From contig JBFMDH010000017.1 in assembly GCA_040754075.1 (NCBI GenBank), positions 50,585 to 114,584 of the forward strand: a DNA stretch of 64,000 nt, in the 5' to 3' direction. The notes beneath the pieces were generated by a model. The model made no database searches. It saw only the letters and a program-made list of their open reading frames with translations, and had not been told where the DNA came from. Positions 20,121 to 29,665 of this stretch are shown piece by piece; the first letter of the stretch is position 1; every line of letters starts with the position of its first letter. This stretch comes from Acidobacteriota bacterium (GTDB lineage Bacteria; Acidobacteriota; Blastocatellia; UBA7656). The translations under genes were made by a program, and so were the position numbers.

Positions 20121-21287
20121 ATGAGCGAATCAACACAAGCACTCGAAAAGAAAAGCGGTTTAAGTGAAATCCTCGGCAATGTTGACTGGCGCACTTACAC
20201 GATGGTCTTTGCGCTTATCATCATCTGGATAATTTTTGCCTATACAACCAATGGCGTTTTTTTAGAAGCCCGCAATTTCTCTAATCTCATGCGACAGGCG
20301 ACTATCACCGGCGTCTTGGCGGTCGGCATGTTGATGGTGATTTTGCCGGGACATATTGATTTGTCCATCGGTTCGGTCGCAGGGCTTGCCGGAGGGCTTG
20401 CGGCGATTGCTCAGACCTGGGGCAATTACGGATTCGTTACCTCGCTGTTAATCGGCATCGGCACGGGGTTGGTGATTGGTTTCATTCATGGACTCTTGGT
20501 CGCTTACGGAAACATCCCGGCATTCATCGTCACCCTCGGAGGGTTGCTCGCCTGGCGCGGCGTGATTAAAGGCATCAGCAAAGGCAACACCATCCCTGTG
20601 AGTCTCGAACAGTTCAAACAAATCGGCCAATGCTACTTGATGAAACCCGTCGGACTCGCGCTTGCGGGCGCGGCGGTGCTGGCGATTATCTTCTTTGCTC
20701 TGCGGCGTCATCAATCACAAAAACGTTACGGGCTGGAACAGAGTGCGGCGAAACTCGCGGTGCAGATTCTTTTGCCTGCGGCGCTTGCGGTCGGTTTCGT
20801 TTACGCCTTAAACAAGTATGCGGGGGTGCCGGTGCCGGTGATGATTCTCGTGGTCGTCGCTTTGCTTGGCGCATTCATCACGCAAAACACCACGTTCGGG
20901 CGATACCTCTATGCGATAGGCGGCAACCCCGAAGCGGCGCGGCTTTCGGGCATCAATATCAAGCACCATTTGCTTGCGGTCTTTTCAATCATGGGGGCGC
21001 TGGCGGGACTCGGCGGCATCATCTACACCGCGCGGGTCGGCAGCGCCGCGCCCGATGCCGGACGCCTTCTTGAACTCGATGCCATCGCGGCTTGCGTTAT
21101 CGGCGGAACGAGTTTGATGGGCGGACGCGGCACCGTATTCGGCGCAATTTTAGGCGCAATTTTTATGGCGAGCCTCGATAACGGCATGTCGCTGAAAAAC
21201 TTTGAAGACTTCACACAGGACATCGTCAAAGGCGTGATTTTAGTTGCCGCTGTCGGTCTCGATATGATTGGTCGCAAGCGCAGTTAA
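20121..21287 (+). CDS. xylH: xylose ABC transporter permease
   Basis: ORF trimmed to ATG 20121, because the upstream part of the ORF is translation of the MITE-like element. About 10-12 TM segments and a typical sugar-ABC permease C-terminus (GGTSLMGGRGTVFGAILGAIFM). Confidence 0.85.
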   Translation: MSESTQALEKKSGLSEILGNVDWRTYTMVFALIIIWIIFAYTTNGVFLEARNFSNLMRQATITGVLAVGMLMVILPGHIDLSIGSVAGLAGGLAAIAQTWGNYGFVTSLLIGIGTGLVIGFIHGLLVAYGNIPAFIVTLGGLLAWRGVIKGISKGNTIPVSLEQFKQIGQCYLMKPVGLALAGAAVLAIIFFALRRHQSQKRYGLEQSAAKLAVQILLPAALAVGFVYALNKYAGVPVPVMILVVVALLGAFITQNTTFGRYLYAIGGNPEAARLSGINIKHHLLAVFSIMGALAGLGGIIYTARVGSAAPDAGRLLELDAIAACVIGGTSLMGGRGTVFGAILGAIFMASLDNGMSLKNFEDFTQDIVKGVILVAAVGLDMIGRKRS

Positions 21288-21307
21288 AAATCAATCAACC
21301 GCCAGGA

Positions 21308-21423
21308 CGCAAATCACGCCAAGCAAGCGGATGGGAAATATTAAATGTTGGCTGGCAGTAGAAAACTTTCAAGCTAACCTTTAATATCTCCCATCTGCCT
21401 TTTTATTTTGGCGTATTTTGCGG
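21308..21423. repeat. long imperfect palindrome (extended hairpin) downstream of xylH
   Basis: cgcaaatcacgccaa pairs with ttggcgtattttgcg (13/15). gcggatgggaaatattaaa pairs with tttaatatctcccatctgc (17/19). An inner gttggct/agctaac pair also exists. There is no tandem-unit structure. Confidence 0.65.
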
Positions 21424-21520
21424 TGCAAATTTTCATAAACTTGTTGAGCGGTGGTCTCTGACCGGCGGATGAATTCTCAACAATTGTGCCTTGAAAAAAT
21501 TTTCATAAACAAAGGTAAAG

Positions 21521-23032
21521 ATGAAGCTTCAAAGAGCAAGCGGCATTCTGCTGCACATTACTTCGCTTCCCGGCGAATTCGGCGTTGGCGACCTGGGACC
21601 ACAAGCCTATCGTTTCATTGATTTTCTGGCGGCAAGCAAACAAACCATCTGGCAAATTCTGCCGCTCACACCGACAGGCTACGGCGATTCGCCTTATCAA
21701 AGTTATTCAGCGTTCGCAGGCAATACCAATATGATTAGTCCTGAGCTTTTAGTTGAAGACGAGTTATTGTCGCCTGCGGATTTACAGGATGCGCCAACCG
21801 GCGACCCTGACCGTGTGGATTTTGGCGCGGTGGTTGAATTCAAAAATCGCATTCTCGCTCAGGCGTATCGCAATTATAAAAATTCACCCAGCGATAAACA
21901 TCACGGGGATTTTTCTTACTTCTGCGATTTTGCCGAAACCTGGCTTGATGACTACGCCTTGTTTCGCGCTTTGCTGAAAGCCCATGACGATGCCGCATGG
22001 AACACCTGGTCGCGCAAGTTGGCAACGCGGGAACCTGAAGCGATGGCTCAAGCCAGGCTGGAACTTGCCGAAGAAATCGAAGCACAAAAATTTTATCAAT
22101 ACCTGTTCTTCAAACAATGGTTTCAGCTTAAAGCTTATGCGAAACAACAACACGTCAAACTGTTTGGCGATATGCCGATTTTCGTAGCCCACAATTCATC
22201 CGATGTCTGGGCGCATCCTGAATTATTCAAATTGAATGAAGACGGCAGCCCGACCGTGGTCGCAGGCGTGCCGCCCGATTATTTCAGCGAAGACGGACAA
22301 TTGTGGGGCAATCCGATTTACCGTTGGGAGGGGATGCGCGCAAGCGAATTTGAGTGGTGGATTGAACGCATGGGCGCGACCTTGCAGATGGTTGATTTGG
22401 TGCGCATAGACCATTTCAGAGGCTTTATTTCGGCGTGGGAAGTGCCCGCCGGAGACCGCACCGCCAAGCATGGCAAATGGGTCGAGGTGCCCGGTCGTGA
22501 AGTGTTTCAAGCCTTCAAAGCGAATTTTCGCGAATTGCCCATCGTTGCCGAAGATTTGGGGGTGATTACCCCGGAAGTCGAAGCCCTGCGGGATGATTTC
22601 CAGTTTCCCGGCATGAAGATTTTGCAATTTGGACTGGGCGGCGATGCCCGCAATACCTATTTGCCGCATCATTATCCGCGCAATGCTGTGGTTTACACCG
22701 GCACCCATGACAACGACACGGTTGTCGGCTGGTATCAGGAAAAACTGCAAAGTGAAAACCCGCATTCGCGGCGCGAATTGAATTTCTGTTTGAAATATTT
22801 GAATTCCACTGGCGAAGCGATTCACTGGGATTTCATTCGCGCGGCGCTCGCGTCGGTTGCCGATATTGCCATCCTTCAAATGCAGGATGTCTTGGGACTC
22901 AATACCGGCGCGCGAATGAATTTACCGGCGACTGAAAAAGGCAACTGGAACTGGCGCGTGCGTGCCGAGATGATGACCAAGGAAGTGAGTGAGCGACTGC
23001 GCGAGATGACCGAAATTTACGGGCGCGGGTAA
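21521..23032 (+). CDS. malQ: 4-alpha-glucanotransferase (amylomaltase, GH77)
   Basis: 503 aa. N-terminus RASGILLHITSLPGEFGVGDLG, with WGNPIYRW and RIDHFRGF motifs typical of MalQ. Confidence 0.9.
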   Translation: MKLQRASGILLHITSLPGEFGVGDLGPQAYRFIDFLAASKQTIWQILPLTPTGYGDSPYQSYSAFAGNTNMISPELLVEDELLSPADLQDAPTGDPDRVDFGAVVEFKNRILAQAYRNYKNSPSDKHHGDFSYFCDFAETWLDDYALFRALLKAHDDAAWNTWSRKLATREPEAMAQARLELAEEIEAQKFYQYLFFKQWFQLKAYAKQQHVKLFGDMPIFVAHNSSDVWAHPELFKLNEDGSPTVVAGVPPDYFSEDGQLWGNPIYRWEGMRASEFEWWIERMGATLQMVDLVRIDHFRGFISAWEVPAGDRTAKHGKWVEVPGREVFQAFKANFRELPIVAEDLGVITPEVEALRDDFQFPGMKILQFGLGGDARNTYLPHHYPRNAVVYTGTHDNDTVVGWYQEKLQSENPHSRRELNFCLKYLNSTGEAIHWDFIRAALASVADIAILQMQDVLGLNTGARMNLPATEKGNWNWRVRAEMMTKEVSERLREMTEIYGRG

Positions 23033-23049
23033 TCTAAAGATAAAAACCA

Positions 23050-23204
23050 GAGTACGGAACAAACGGAAATAACGGAACAAACGGAAAATTCAAAACGCAT
23101 TTGCAAAGCTTTCGTCTGTTAGGTTGCATTTGCAATGTTTCCATTTGCTTCGTGGCATTTCAAAAGCTTCCATCTGTTTGGTTATTTCCGTTTGTTCCGT
23201 ACTC
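23050..23204. repeat. inverted-repeat element with CGGAACAAA/CGGAAATAA 9-mer arms, located between convergent genes
   Basis: Left arm is gagtacggaacaaacggaaataacggaacaaacggaa (23050-23086). Right arm is ttccatctgtttggttatttccgtttgttccgtactc (23168-23204), followed by tttttt. There is an internal ~25-nt direct duplication (catttgcaaagctttcgtctgtt / catttcaaaagcttccatctgtt). Confidence 0.85.
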
Positions 23205-23256
23205 TTTTTTCGCGCTTCATCCACGCGAGAATTAAACGATGGAATACAACTTCGCG

Positions 23257-23799
23257 TTAGTTTCGTCGCGCCGGTGTAAAGGTAGCAAGCGGGGGCGCAG
23301 GAATACGCGCCGCTTCTTCGGGAGTTTTTGCGTGAAGCCGGGCAAGTTCTAATTTCAAACTCTGTTCGCCGCGTTCCATTGCCCATTTGTGATTTGCCGC
23401 AAAGAACGGCTTGAGCAAAAACGATAAGCTCCGAAGCAAAGGTTTTTCGGCGCGAATTCGCCAATCATAAGTGACGACCGCAAACTCGCCGTCCTGTTTG
23501 AAAGTCCAAACGCCTAAGCCAATGAAATCGCCCCACGCTTCGAGAGCAAAGCCATGCGGATAATGGGATTCGGTGACGCGAAATTGCCAGCGCAAGGTGT
23601 AAGGCAACCAGCCTTTGGTATAAAGGTCGACGACTTTGCCGACGCCTTCCGCATCACCCGGCTCCAGAATTTTTACATCGAGATACACCGAGGGCCACCA
23701 GCGCGGCAAGTCTTCGGCTTTTCGCAAAATGTCTGCGACTTCGTTAATCGTCCCTCGCACACGCCAATGGGTGATGAATTGATAATCGTTTGATGCCAT
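23257..23799 (-). CDS. SRPBCC (START/polyketide-cyclase-like) family protein
   Basis: Trimmed to ATG 23799 (MASNDYQFITHWRVRGTINEVADIL...). WPSVYLDV is typical of the SRPBCC superfamily. Confidence 0.6.
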   Translation of the reverse strand: MASNDYQFITHWRVRGTINEVADILRKAEDLPRWWPSVYLDVKILEPGDAEGVGKVVDLYTKGWLPYTLRWQFRVTESHYPHGFALEAWGDFIGLGVWTFKQDGEFAVVTYDWRIRAEKPLLRSLSFLLKPFFAANHKWAMERGEQSLKLELARLHAKTPEEAARIPAPPLATFTPARRN

Positions 23800-23902
23800 C
23801 GCTTTTCCTTTCCTCGCGCGATTGTAAACAATTTGACAATCAACTACGAAGCAAACCAAGCTTTCAGATTGCAATTTACAAATTTGTTTTGGAGATTTTT
23901 CG

Positions 23903-24601
23903 ATGCTGAATTTTGAAGCCTTTGAAGTTTTAACCTTTGACTGTTACGGAACCTTGATTGACTGGGAAAACGGCTTGCTCGGCGCATTGAACCCGATATT
24001 CGCCGCGCATCAAATCCAAGCCGATGATGAGCAGTTGCTCGCGCTTTATGGCGAATTTGAAGCCGCAGAAGAAAGCGGCGAATACCAAAATTATAAAGCG
24101 GTTTTGAAAAATGTCTTGCGACGGCTTGGCAAGGAATTCGATTTTGCGCCGAGTGAAAGTGAACTCGACGAATTTTCAACTTCGATTAAACACTGGTTGC
24201 CGTTTGCCGATACGGTTAAGGCTTTGCAAAGCTTAAAGAAAAAATATCAACTCGCCATTATCTCGAATATTGATGATGATTTGTTCGCCTTTTCAAATGA
24301 ACGGCTCAACGTGAAATTCGACTGGGTGATTACTGCCGAGCAGGTTAAATCTTACAAACCTTCACACAACAATTTTCTGCAAGCGATTGAGCGCATCGCC
24401 AAACCCAAAGAGAAAATTCTGCATGTTGCACAGAGCATTTTTCATGACATCATTCCGGCAAAACAATTAGGCATTGCTAACGTCTGGGTCAATCGCAGAC
24501 ACGGAAAAGCGGGCGCGGGCGCAACCAAAGCCGCCGCCGCACAGCCCGATTGGGAAGTGACGGATTTGCAATCATTGGCTCGAATTTGTGGAATAAAATA
24601 G
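23903..24601 (+). CDS. HAD-superfamily hydrolase (haloacid dehalogenase type II-like)
   Basis: 232 aa. Motif I FDCYGTLID, later SNID and SYKP motifs. Confidence 0.7.
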   Translation: MLNFEAFEVLTFDCYGTLIDWENGLLGALNPIFAAHQIQADDEQLLALYGEFEAAEESGEYQNYKAVLKNVLRRLGKEFDFAPSESELDEFSTSIKHWLPFADTVKALQSLKKKYQLAIISNIDDDLFAFSNERLNVKFDWVITAEQVKSYKPSHNNFLQAIERIAKPKEKILHVAQSIFHDIIPAKQLGIANVWVNRRHGKAGAGATKAAAAQPDWEVTDLQSLARICGIK

Positions 24602-25270
24602 GAAAGCCATCAAGTCAAAATAGAAATGTGCGAGTATGATAGGTGTGATATTTCTGGTTTTTGAGTAATACAAAGAAAAAGCTAAAAAAAGAGAGAATAA
24701 AATAAGGGCTGAACTCACGCCTTGATAGAGATGATAGGAGGTTTGCAAAATCACGCTTGAAGCAATTGCCAGATAGGTTTTGCCGAAGAGTTCTTTTACC
24801 TCTGTCATTACAAAAGCTCGCGCGATAATTTCTTCGTAGAAAGGATTCACTAAAACATAAAGAAAATAAAAGAATGAAGAGCTGGTTTTAAAAACCTCCA
24901 GATTTTGAGCAGCCGTATTTAATGTTTTTCCGGTAACCAGATGGTAGGTCACAGAAATAGCAAACTGAAATAGAATTGATACGACGAAGGCTCCCAAAAA
25001 GAGCAAGACCGAAAATGGTAAATCTTTCCATGAGAAAGTTAGTCCTAAATCTTTTAACTTTCTGCCTTGCCTGAAAAGTACATACACCAGAATCGCTATC
25101 GCAGAAAGTTCCGATATGACCCCTAAAATAAATCGGACATTGATACGTTCCTCTGTATAGTTGTCTTCCCCGGCAAAGAAAAGAACTGCCGAGTAGAAAA
25201 TGGATTGTCCAAAAGCTACAAAAGAAACCAGCAGCAGTTCAATCAAGCGAATTCTTTTTAGGTTGTTCAT
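24572..25270 (-). CDS. CPBP family intramembrane metalloprotease (CAAX protease-like)
   Basis: 232 aa, polytopic. EExxxR motif (YEEIIARAF) and a His-containing motif (ILAHFYFD). The 3' end overlaps the convergent HAD gene by 30 nt. Confidence 0.7.
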   Translation of the reverse strand: MNNLKRIRLIELLLVSFVAFGQSIFYSAVLFFAGEDNYTEERINVRFILGVISELSAIAILVYVLFRQGRKLKDLGLTFSWKDLPFSVLLFLGAFVVSILFQFAISVTYHLVTGKTLNTAAQNLEVFKTSSSFFYFLYVLVNPFYEEIIARAFVMTEVKELFGKTYLAIASSVILQTSYHLYQGVSSALILFSLFLAFSLYYSKTRNITPIILAHFYFDLMAFLFYSTNSSQ

Positions 25271-25302
25271 CTGGTTTTAAATTTGAGGGCGTGAATTAAA
25301 AC

Positions 25303-26187
25303 TTAAGGTTGATGAAAATAATTGCGCACAAAATCTTTAAGCGCCGCTTGCCAGGAACGCAGCGGTTTTAAGCCTAAGGATTCGGAAAGCAGACAACGCA
25401 TGGCGGAATTGTGAGGGCGCAGCGCAAGTTGATTTAAATCGGCGCGCGTGCAGGGTTCAATCGCAAAATCGCGCATTCCCGCCAGTTCAAATGCCAGCCG
25501 CGCAAACTCAAGCCAACTCATCGCGCCGGTGTTGGTGACGTGATAAAGCCCGTGGTGACGGAGCGCCATCAACTCTTCGATGCGGGCGGCGAGATCAGGC
25601 GCATACGTGGCAATCGAGGTTTGATCTTGAACGCCTTTTAATTTCGCTCCTGCCCTGGCGTAATCGAAAAGCTTGCTGCCGAAATTCTTTCCGCCGACTC
25701 CAAACACCCACGAGGTGCGAATGATCAACGATTCCGGCAACTCCTGACTTACCGCCTGTTCGCCTGCGAGTTTCGATTTGCCGTAAACACTCAAGGGATT
25801 GGGCGAGTCTTCCTGCGTGTAAAAGCCGGGTTTTGTACCGTCGAAAACATAATCGGTGCTGATGTGAACGAATTCGGCATGAACATCGCGACAAGCGCGC
25901 GCTAAATATCGTGGTCCCTTTTGATTAACCGCAAATGCCCATTCGATGTCGCGTTCACAGCGGTCAACATCGGTTGTTGCAGCGCAATTAATGACCACAT
26001 CAGGTTTTTCCTGTTCGATAATTCGCCGCACGTTCGTTTCATCGGTAATGTCGAGGTCGGCGTGGGTCAATGCAATGACGCGCCAATTTGACTTCGCCAG
26101 TTGCTCGGTCATACAACCTCCAAGCAATCCTCCCGCGCCGGTCACGATGGCGGTTTTCTTTTCATCGAAATTTGTTTTGCTTGTCAT
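25303..26187 (-). CDS. rfbD: dTDP-4-dehydrorhamnose reductase
   Basis: Start ATG 26187. TGAGGLLG Rossmann motif, STDYVFDG and YGKSKLAGE motifs. Confidence 0.85.
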   Translation of the reverse strand: MTSKTNFDEKKTAIVTGAGGLLGGCMTEQLAKSNWRVIALTHADLDITDETNVRRIIEQEKPDVVINCAATTDVDRCERDIEWAFAVNQKGPRYLARACRDVHAEFVHISTDYVFDGTKPGFYTQEDSPNPLSVYGKSKLAGEQAVSQELPESLIIRTSWVFGVGGKNFGSKLFDYARAGAKLKGVQDQTSIATYAPDLAARIEELMALRHHGLYHVTNTGAMSWLEFARLAFELAGMRDFAIEPCTRADLNQLALRPHNSAMRCLLSESLGLKPLRSWQAALKDFVRNYFHQP

Positions 26188-26315
26188 GAATTCTTCAACA
26201 GCCATTGACGCATTCGGTCAAAAATTTAAATAGAGAGTGGCAGGGTAAACAGGATGTTTTGAGGGATAGAAAATTATCCTGCATATTCTGTCCATCCCTG
26301 TTAATTTCCGCTCTT

Positions 26316-27320
26316 CTATCTGCCACCGTACATGCGTTCGTAATACTCGGCGTATTCGCCTGACTGCGCCCGCTTAACCCAAGCTTGGTTTTCCTGATAC
26401 CAGCGCACGGTTTTTTCCATACCGCTTTCAAATGATTCTTGTGGATGCCAATCGCATTCGGTTTCCAATTTAGCCGGGTCGGTCGCGTAACGGCGGTCGT
26501 GACCGGGGCGGTCTTTGACATAGGTAATCAAGGAATGCGGTTTACCGAGTAAATCCAGCAAGGCGCGAACGACTTCGAGGTTGGTTTTTTCGGCGCGTGA
26601 ACCGATGTTATAGATTTCGCCGGTTCGCCCTTTGTGTAAAACCTGGTCAATGGCGCTGCAATGGTCATCAACATAAAGCCAGTCGCGCACATTGAGACCA
26701 TCGCCGTACACCGGCAAGGATTTGTCTTCGAGGGCATTGGCAATCATCAATGGAATGAGTTTTTCGGGAAACTGATAAGGTCCATAGTTGTTTGAAGCGC
26801 GGGTAATCACGGTGTCCAATCCGAACGTGACCGACGCGGCGCGAACCAGATGTTCGGCAGCGGCTTTCGATGCGGCATACGGACTGTTGGGTTGTAGCGG
26901 TGAAGTTTCCACAAAAAATTCATCTTCGTTGCAAGACCCCATCACTTCGTCTGTGGAGATTTGCACGAAGCGGGAAAGGTGATGCGCGCGAGCCGCATCA
27001 AGCAAAACCTGCGTGCCTAAGACGTTGGTATTGATGAATTCGGCTGCGCCTTCGATGGAACGGTCAACATGAGATTCAGCGGCAAAATTGATGATCACAT
27101 CCGCTCCGCTTATTGCTGCATCGACGGCTGCACGGTCGCAAATATCGCCGCGCACAAATGTGTAGCGTGAAGCCCCGGCAACATCGTTTAAGTTTTCGAG
27201 GTTGCCCGCGTAAGTCAGTTTGTCAAAGTTGACGATTTTATAGTCAGGGTATTTGTTTAAAATATTGCGAATAAAATTGGAGCCGATAAATCCCGCGCCA
27301 CCGGTAATGAATAATTTCAT
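26316..27320 (-). CDS. rfbB: dTDP-glucose 4,6-dehydratase
   Basis: 334 aa. MKLFITGGAGFIGSNF, YAASKAAAEHL, and PGHDRRYA near the C-terminus. Confidence 0.9.
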   Translation of the reverse strand: MKLFITGGAGFIGSNFIRNILNKYPDYKIVNFDKLTYAGNLENLNDVAGASRYTFVRGDICDRAAVDAAISGADVIINFAAESHVDRSIEGAAEFINTNVLGTQVLLDAARAHHLSRFVQISTDEVMGSCNEDEFFVETSPLQPNSPYAASKAAAEHLVRAASVTFGLDTVITRASNNYGPYQFPEKLIPLMIANALEDKSLPVYGDGLNVRDWLYVDDHCSAIDQVLHKGRTGEIYNIGSRAEKTNLEVVRALLDLLGKPHSLITYVKDRPGHDRRYATDPAKLETECDWHPQESFESGMEKTVRWYQENQAWVKRAQSGEYAEYYERMYGGR

Positions 27321-27544
27321 AACTGTCCTTTCTTATGGAAAGGTCGAATTGTAGCCATCGCCATTTGCTTTTATCAACCGATGAACGCAAAGCATACTCG
27401 CATTGAAGGGGCTTGGTGCTTATGTTATAGTCCACGTCCTCACAAAGTTCATAACGTCAAAGCGGCTCTAATCAAGTAGCGACAATAATCATTTCCATTC
27501 ACTCACTTTTCGCCTGAAAAGGTAATAACAACCGAGGAGGCAAA

Positions 27545-28357
27545 ATGAAAAAATCTTTCGCATCAATTATTCTGATGGCTTTGACGGTTTTTTCAGTCGC
27601 GTCATTGATGACCGAACCCGCCAGAGCCGACATTGTGGTTTTTACCGCGCAGTTGCTTGCCAGTAACGAAGTGCCGCCGGTAGGTAATGCCGAACGGAAT
27701 GCTTTCGGCAGTGTTACGGTTACTTTGGATACCACCGCAAATACTGCGCGATTCGATGCCAGTGTGGAAGGATTGACCACGGCTGTCATCCTTGCGCACA
27801 TTCACGAAGCCGCCGCCGGAGTGAATGGTCCCATACGAGTTGATTCAGGATTGAGTCCCTCAGCCCCACTCCCTCCGGTCAATGGCAGCGTCAGTTTCAC
27901 ACGCGCCAATTTGCCTGTGCCAACCGATGTGAGAGATCGCATTCTGGCAAATCCTGCGGGCTTTTATTTCAACGTTCATTCAGCCTTGAATCCGGGCGGC
28001 GTCGTGCGCGGGCAACTGGTTCGTTCGCAATCAACCACCCCTGCGCTCAATGCGCCGACCTTATCCGAGTGGGGCGCTATTTTAATGACCTTGCTCTTCA
28101 TTGCCGCTTCAACCTTTTTTCTGGTCGGACGCAACAACGCTTTCCTGGCAAATGAGAGTAGCGCGATGGCGGTTGCGCCGGTGAAGGCTATCAACTGGCA
28201 ATTGTTCATCAAAGTCGCGCTCAATGTTGAAGCCCTCATCGCATTGCTGCTCATTGCGATGCGCGCCAACCTTGTTGATGTATTCGGCGCGTTGGCTTCA
28301 GGCATCGTGCTCTCGTACATTGTTCATTTGTTCATCGCCCGCGCCCGGCGGAATTAA
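27545..28357 (+). CDS. exported CHRD-domain protein with an IPTLxxWG-type exosortase sorting motif followed by an unusual ~70-aa membrane extension
   Basis: GAGGAGG RBS and a signal peptide. CHRD pattern (LLASNEVPPV...AVILAHIHEAAAGVNGPI). PTLSEWG plus a TM helix occupies residues 171-198 (nt 28055-28138). About 72 further residues follow, with more hydrophobic helices, ending ARARRN. Confidence 0.75.
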   Translation: MKKSFASIILMALTVFSVASLMTEPARADIVVFTAQLLASNEVPPVGNAERNAFGSVTVTLDTTANTARFDASVEGLTTAVILAHIHEAAAGVNGPIRVDSGLSPSAPLPPVNGSVSFTRANLPVPTDVRDRILANPAGFYFNVHSALNPGGVVRGQLVRSQSTTPALNAPTLSEWGAILMTLLFIAASTFFLVGRNNAFLANESSAMAVAPVKAINWQLFIKVALNVEALIALLLIAMRANLVDVFGALASGIVLSYIVHLFIARARRN

Positions 28358-28398
28358 TCGAAGTTTTCACAAAGGAGAATCAGTAGCCCACCGCTAAG

Positions 28399-28989
28399 GT
28401 GAAGCGTTTCAGTCCTGCGTTACCTTATGGTCAGGCTACTGATTTTAACGTCATGCCAGTTGTTGAATCAGCCAAACATTTTTTTGCAGCCAATCAAAAA
28501 GCCTTGCGCTTTCTGTCACTGTTTGCAGCCATCTTTGCCATCAGCTATTTTGTTTTTGGCATCGCCGAAGGGGTACGTAGTTCGCTCATAAAACCCTACA
28601 CGGCGCTGCTTGCAAAAGCCGTAGCGGCGATGGTCAATCTGTTTGGCGCAGGCGCAACCACCGATGGCACGACGATTCAAGCGCAAAATTTTTCGCTTAA
28701 CATTGCGATGGGCTGCGATGGCATCGAAGCGGCTTGTCTGTTTTTAGCCGGGGTTCTCGCCTTTCCGACATCGTGGCAAGCGCGAATGATTGGGCTGGCA
28801 ATCGGCATTCCGTTGATTCAAGTCATCAATGTGTTGCGCCTGATTGCGCTCTATTATGCGGGCATGCATTTCCCATCCGTCGTTGAAGAGATTCACATCT
28901 ATGTCGCTCAAACCGTGGTTATCATCCTCTCAACCGCCATTCTCATCTTCTGGCTCGAACGCATTGCCAGTCGCTACCGGACAGCATAA
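28399..28989 (+). CDS. xrtH: small exosortase-family protein, most consistent with exosortase H (IPTLxxWG-CTERM-specific)
   Basis: 196 aa, polytopic. It has the conserved exosortase Cys motif (AMGCDGIEAA), an Arg motif (INVLRLIALYY) and a downstream His (EEIHIYVAQ). It is adjacent to a PTLSEWG-bearing substrate. Start is GTG 28399 or ATG 28453. Confidence 0.7.
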   Translation: MKRFSPALPYGQATDFNVMPVVESAKHFFAANQKALRFLSLFAAIFAISYFVFGIAEGVRSSLIKPYTALLAKAVAAMVNLFGAGATTDGTTIQAQNFSLNIAMGCDGIEAACLFLAGVLAFPTSWQARMIGLAIGIPLIQVINVLRLIALYYAGMHFPSVVEEIHIYVAQTVVIILSTAILIFWLERIASRYRTA

Positions 28990-29638
28990 ATGGCTGTGGC
29001 GTTTGTTGGCGGCACTCGGATTATATGTGCTGTTACTGCCTCTGTGGTGGTATAGCCTGGGCGCGACTGCAAACCTCAGCGGCACGCTGGCAAATGTCGC
29101 TTATCGGATATTCGATTCACGAACCACCATTCAACCGCAAGGCAGAGAAATCAAGATGACGGTAATGGCGACGCCTGAGAGCGGCTATGGCGGAGCCTCG
29201 CATTCATCAATGATGCGAGTCGATACCGTCAATTACGGCTTGCCGATGCTCATTGCACTCATACTGGTCACGAGCGCGGATTCCTGGCGCGTGAAATTGC
29301 CGGCGCTGGGGCTAGGCGTTTTCATCATGTTTTTACTCACCACCCTGGCAGTGATGTTATCAGCTAAAATAACCGGGCTAGAGTTGGAAGATAAAATCGC
29401 GCAGGCGAATTTCGTGCAAAGCCGTAATCCATCGGGCTTTTTCAATCTGGCGTTTCATGGCTATTCATTTTCGCAACCGGTGGTTGCGGTACTCATCTGG
29501 TTGGGACTTGTGATGCTCGGCTTTTTCAAAGAGAAAATCAAAGCTCAGGTTGAGGCGCATAAAATCACCGTGGCTCGCAATGCGCCTTGTCCCTGTGGCA
29601 GCGGCAGAAAATATAAACGCTGTTGTGGTCGGAGTTAA
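28964..29638 (+). CDS. polytopic membrane protein with a C-terminal SEC-C metal-binding motif; exosortase-associated by position
   Basis: The frame of ORF 28844..29638 overlaps xrtH. I prefer TTG 28964 as the start (PVATGQHKWLWRLLAALGLYVLLLPLWWY), but this is uncertain. The protein ends with CPCGSGRKYKRCCGRS, a SecA-type SEC-C motif. Confidence 0.55.
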   Translation: MPVATGQHKWLWRLLAALGLYVLLLPLWWYSLGATANLSGTLANVAYRIFDSRTTIQPQGREIKMTVMATPESGYGGASHSSMMRVDTVNYGLPMLIALILVTSADSWRVKLPALGLGVFIMFLLTTLAVMLSAKITGLELEDKIAQANFVQSRNPSGFFNLAFHGYSFSQPVVAVLIWLGLVMLGFFKEKIKAQVEAHKITVARNAPCPCGSGRKYKRCCGRS

Positions 29639-29665
29639 TTTATTCGCCCCGATTCACGCTCACCC

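Noticed and set aside
23090-23464. 124-aa ORF running through the repeat element at 23050-23204; also 9490..9879 and 53712..54038
   Set aside because: These ORFs are created by the repeat elements and AT-rich spacers. Their translations are low-complexity (TEQTEITKQ and similar).
24572-24601. 30-nt overlap of the convergent HAD and CPBP gene ends as a regulatory feature
   Set aside because: Short convergent overlaps are common in compact genomes and nothing else marks the site. It is noted only as an annotation detail.
25303-27320. rfbB-rfbD without rfbA/rfbC as an incomplete rhamnose pathway
   Set aside because: The missing genes may simply lie elsewhere in the genome. This cannot be judged from one window.
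28844-28963. ATG 28844 as the start of the SEC-C membrane protein
   Set aside because: It would overlap xrtH by 146 nt, and the extra residues (MRSIMRACISHPSLKRF...) look like an out-of-frame reading of xrtH. TTG 28964 is preferred, but this remains uncertain.
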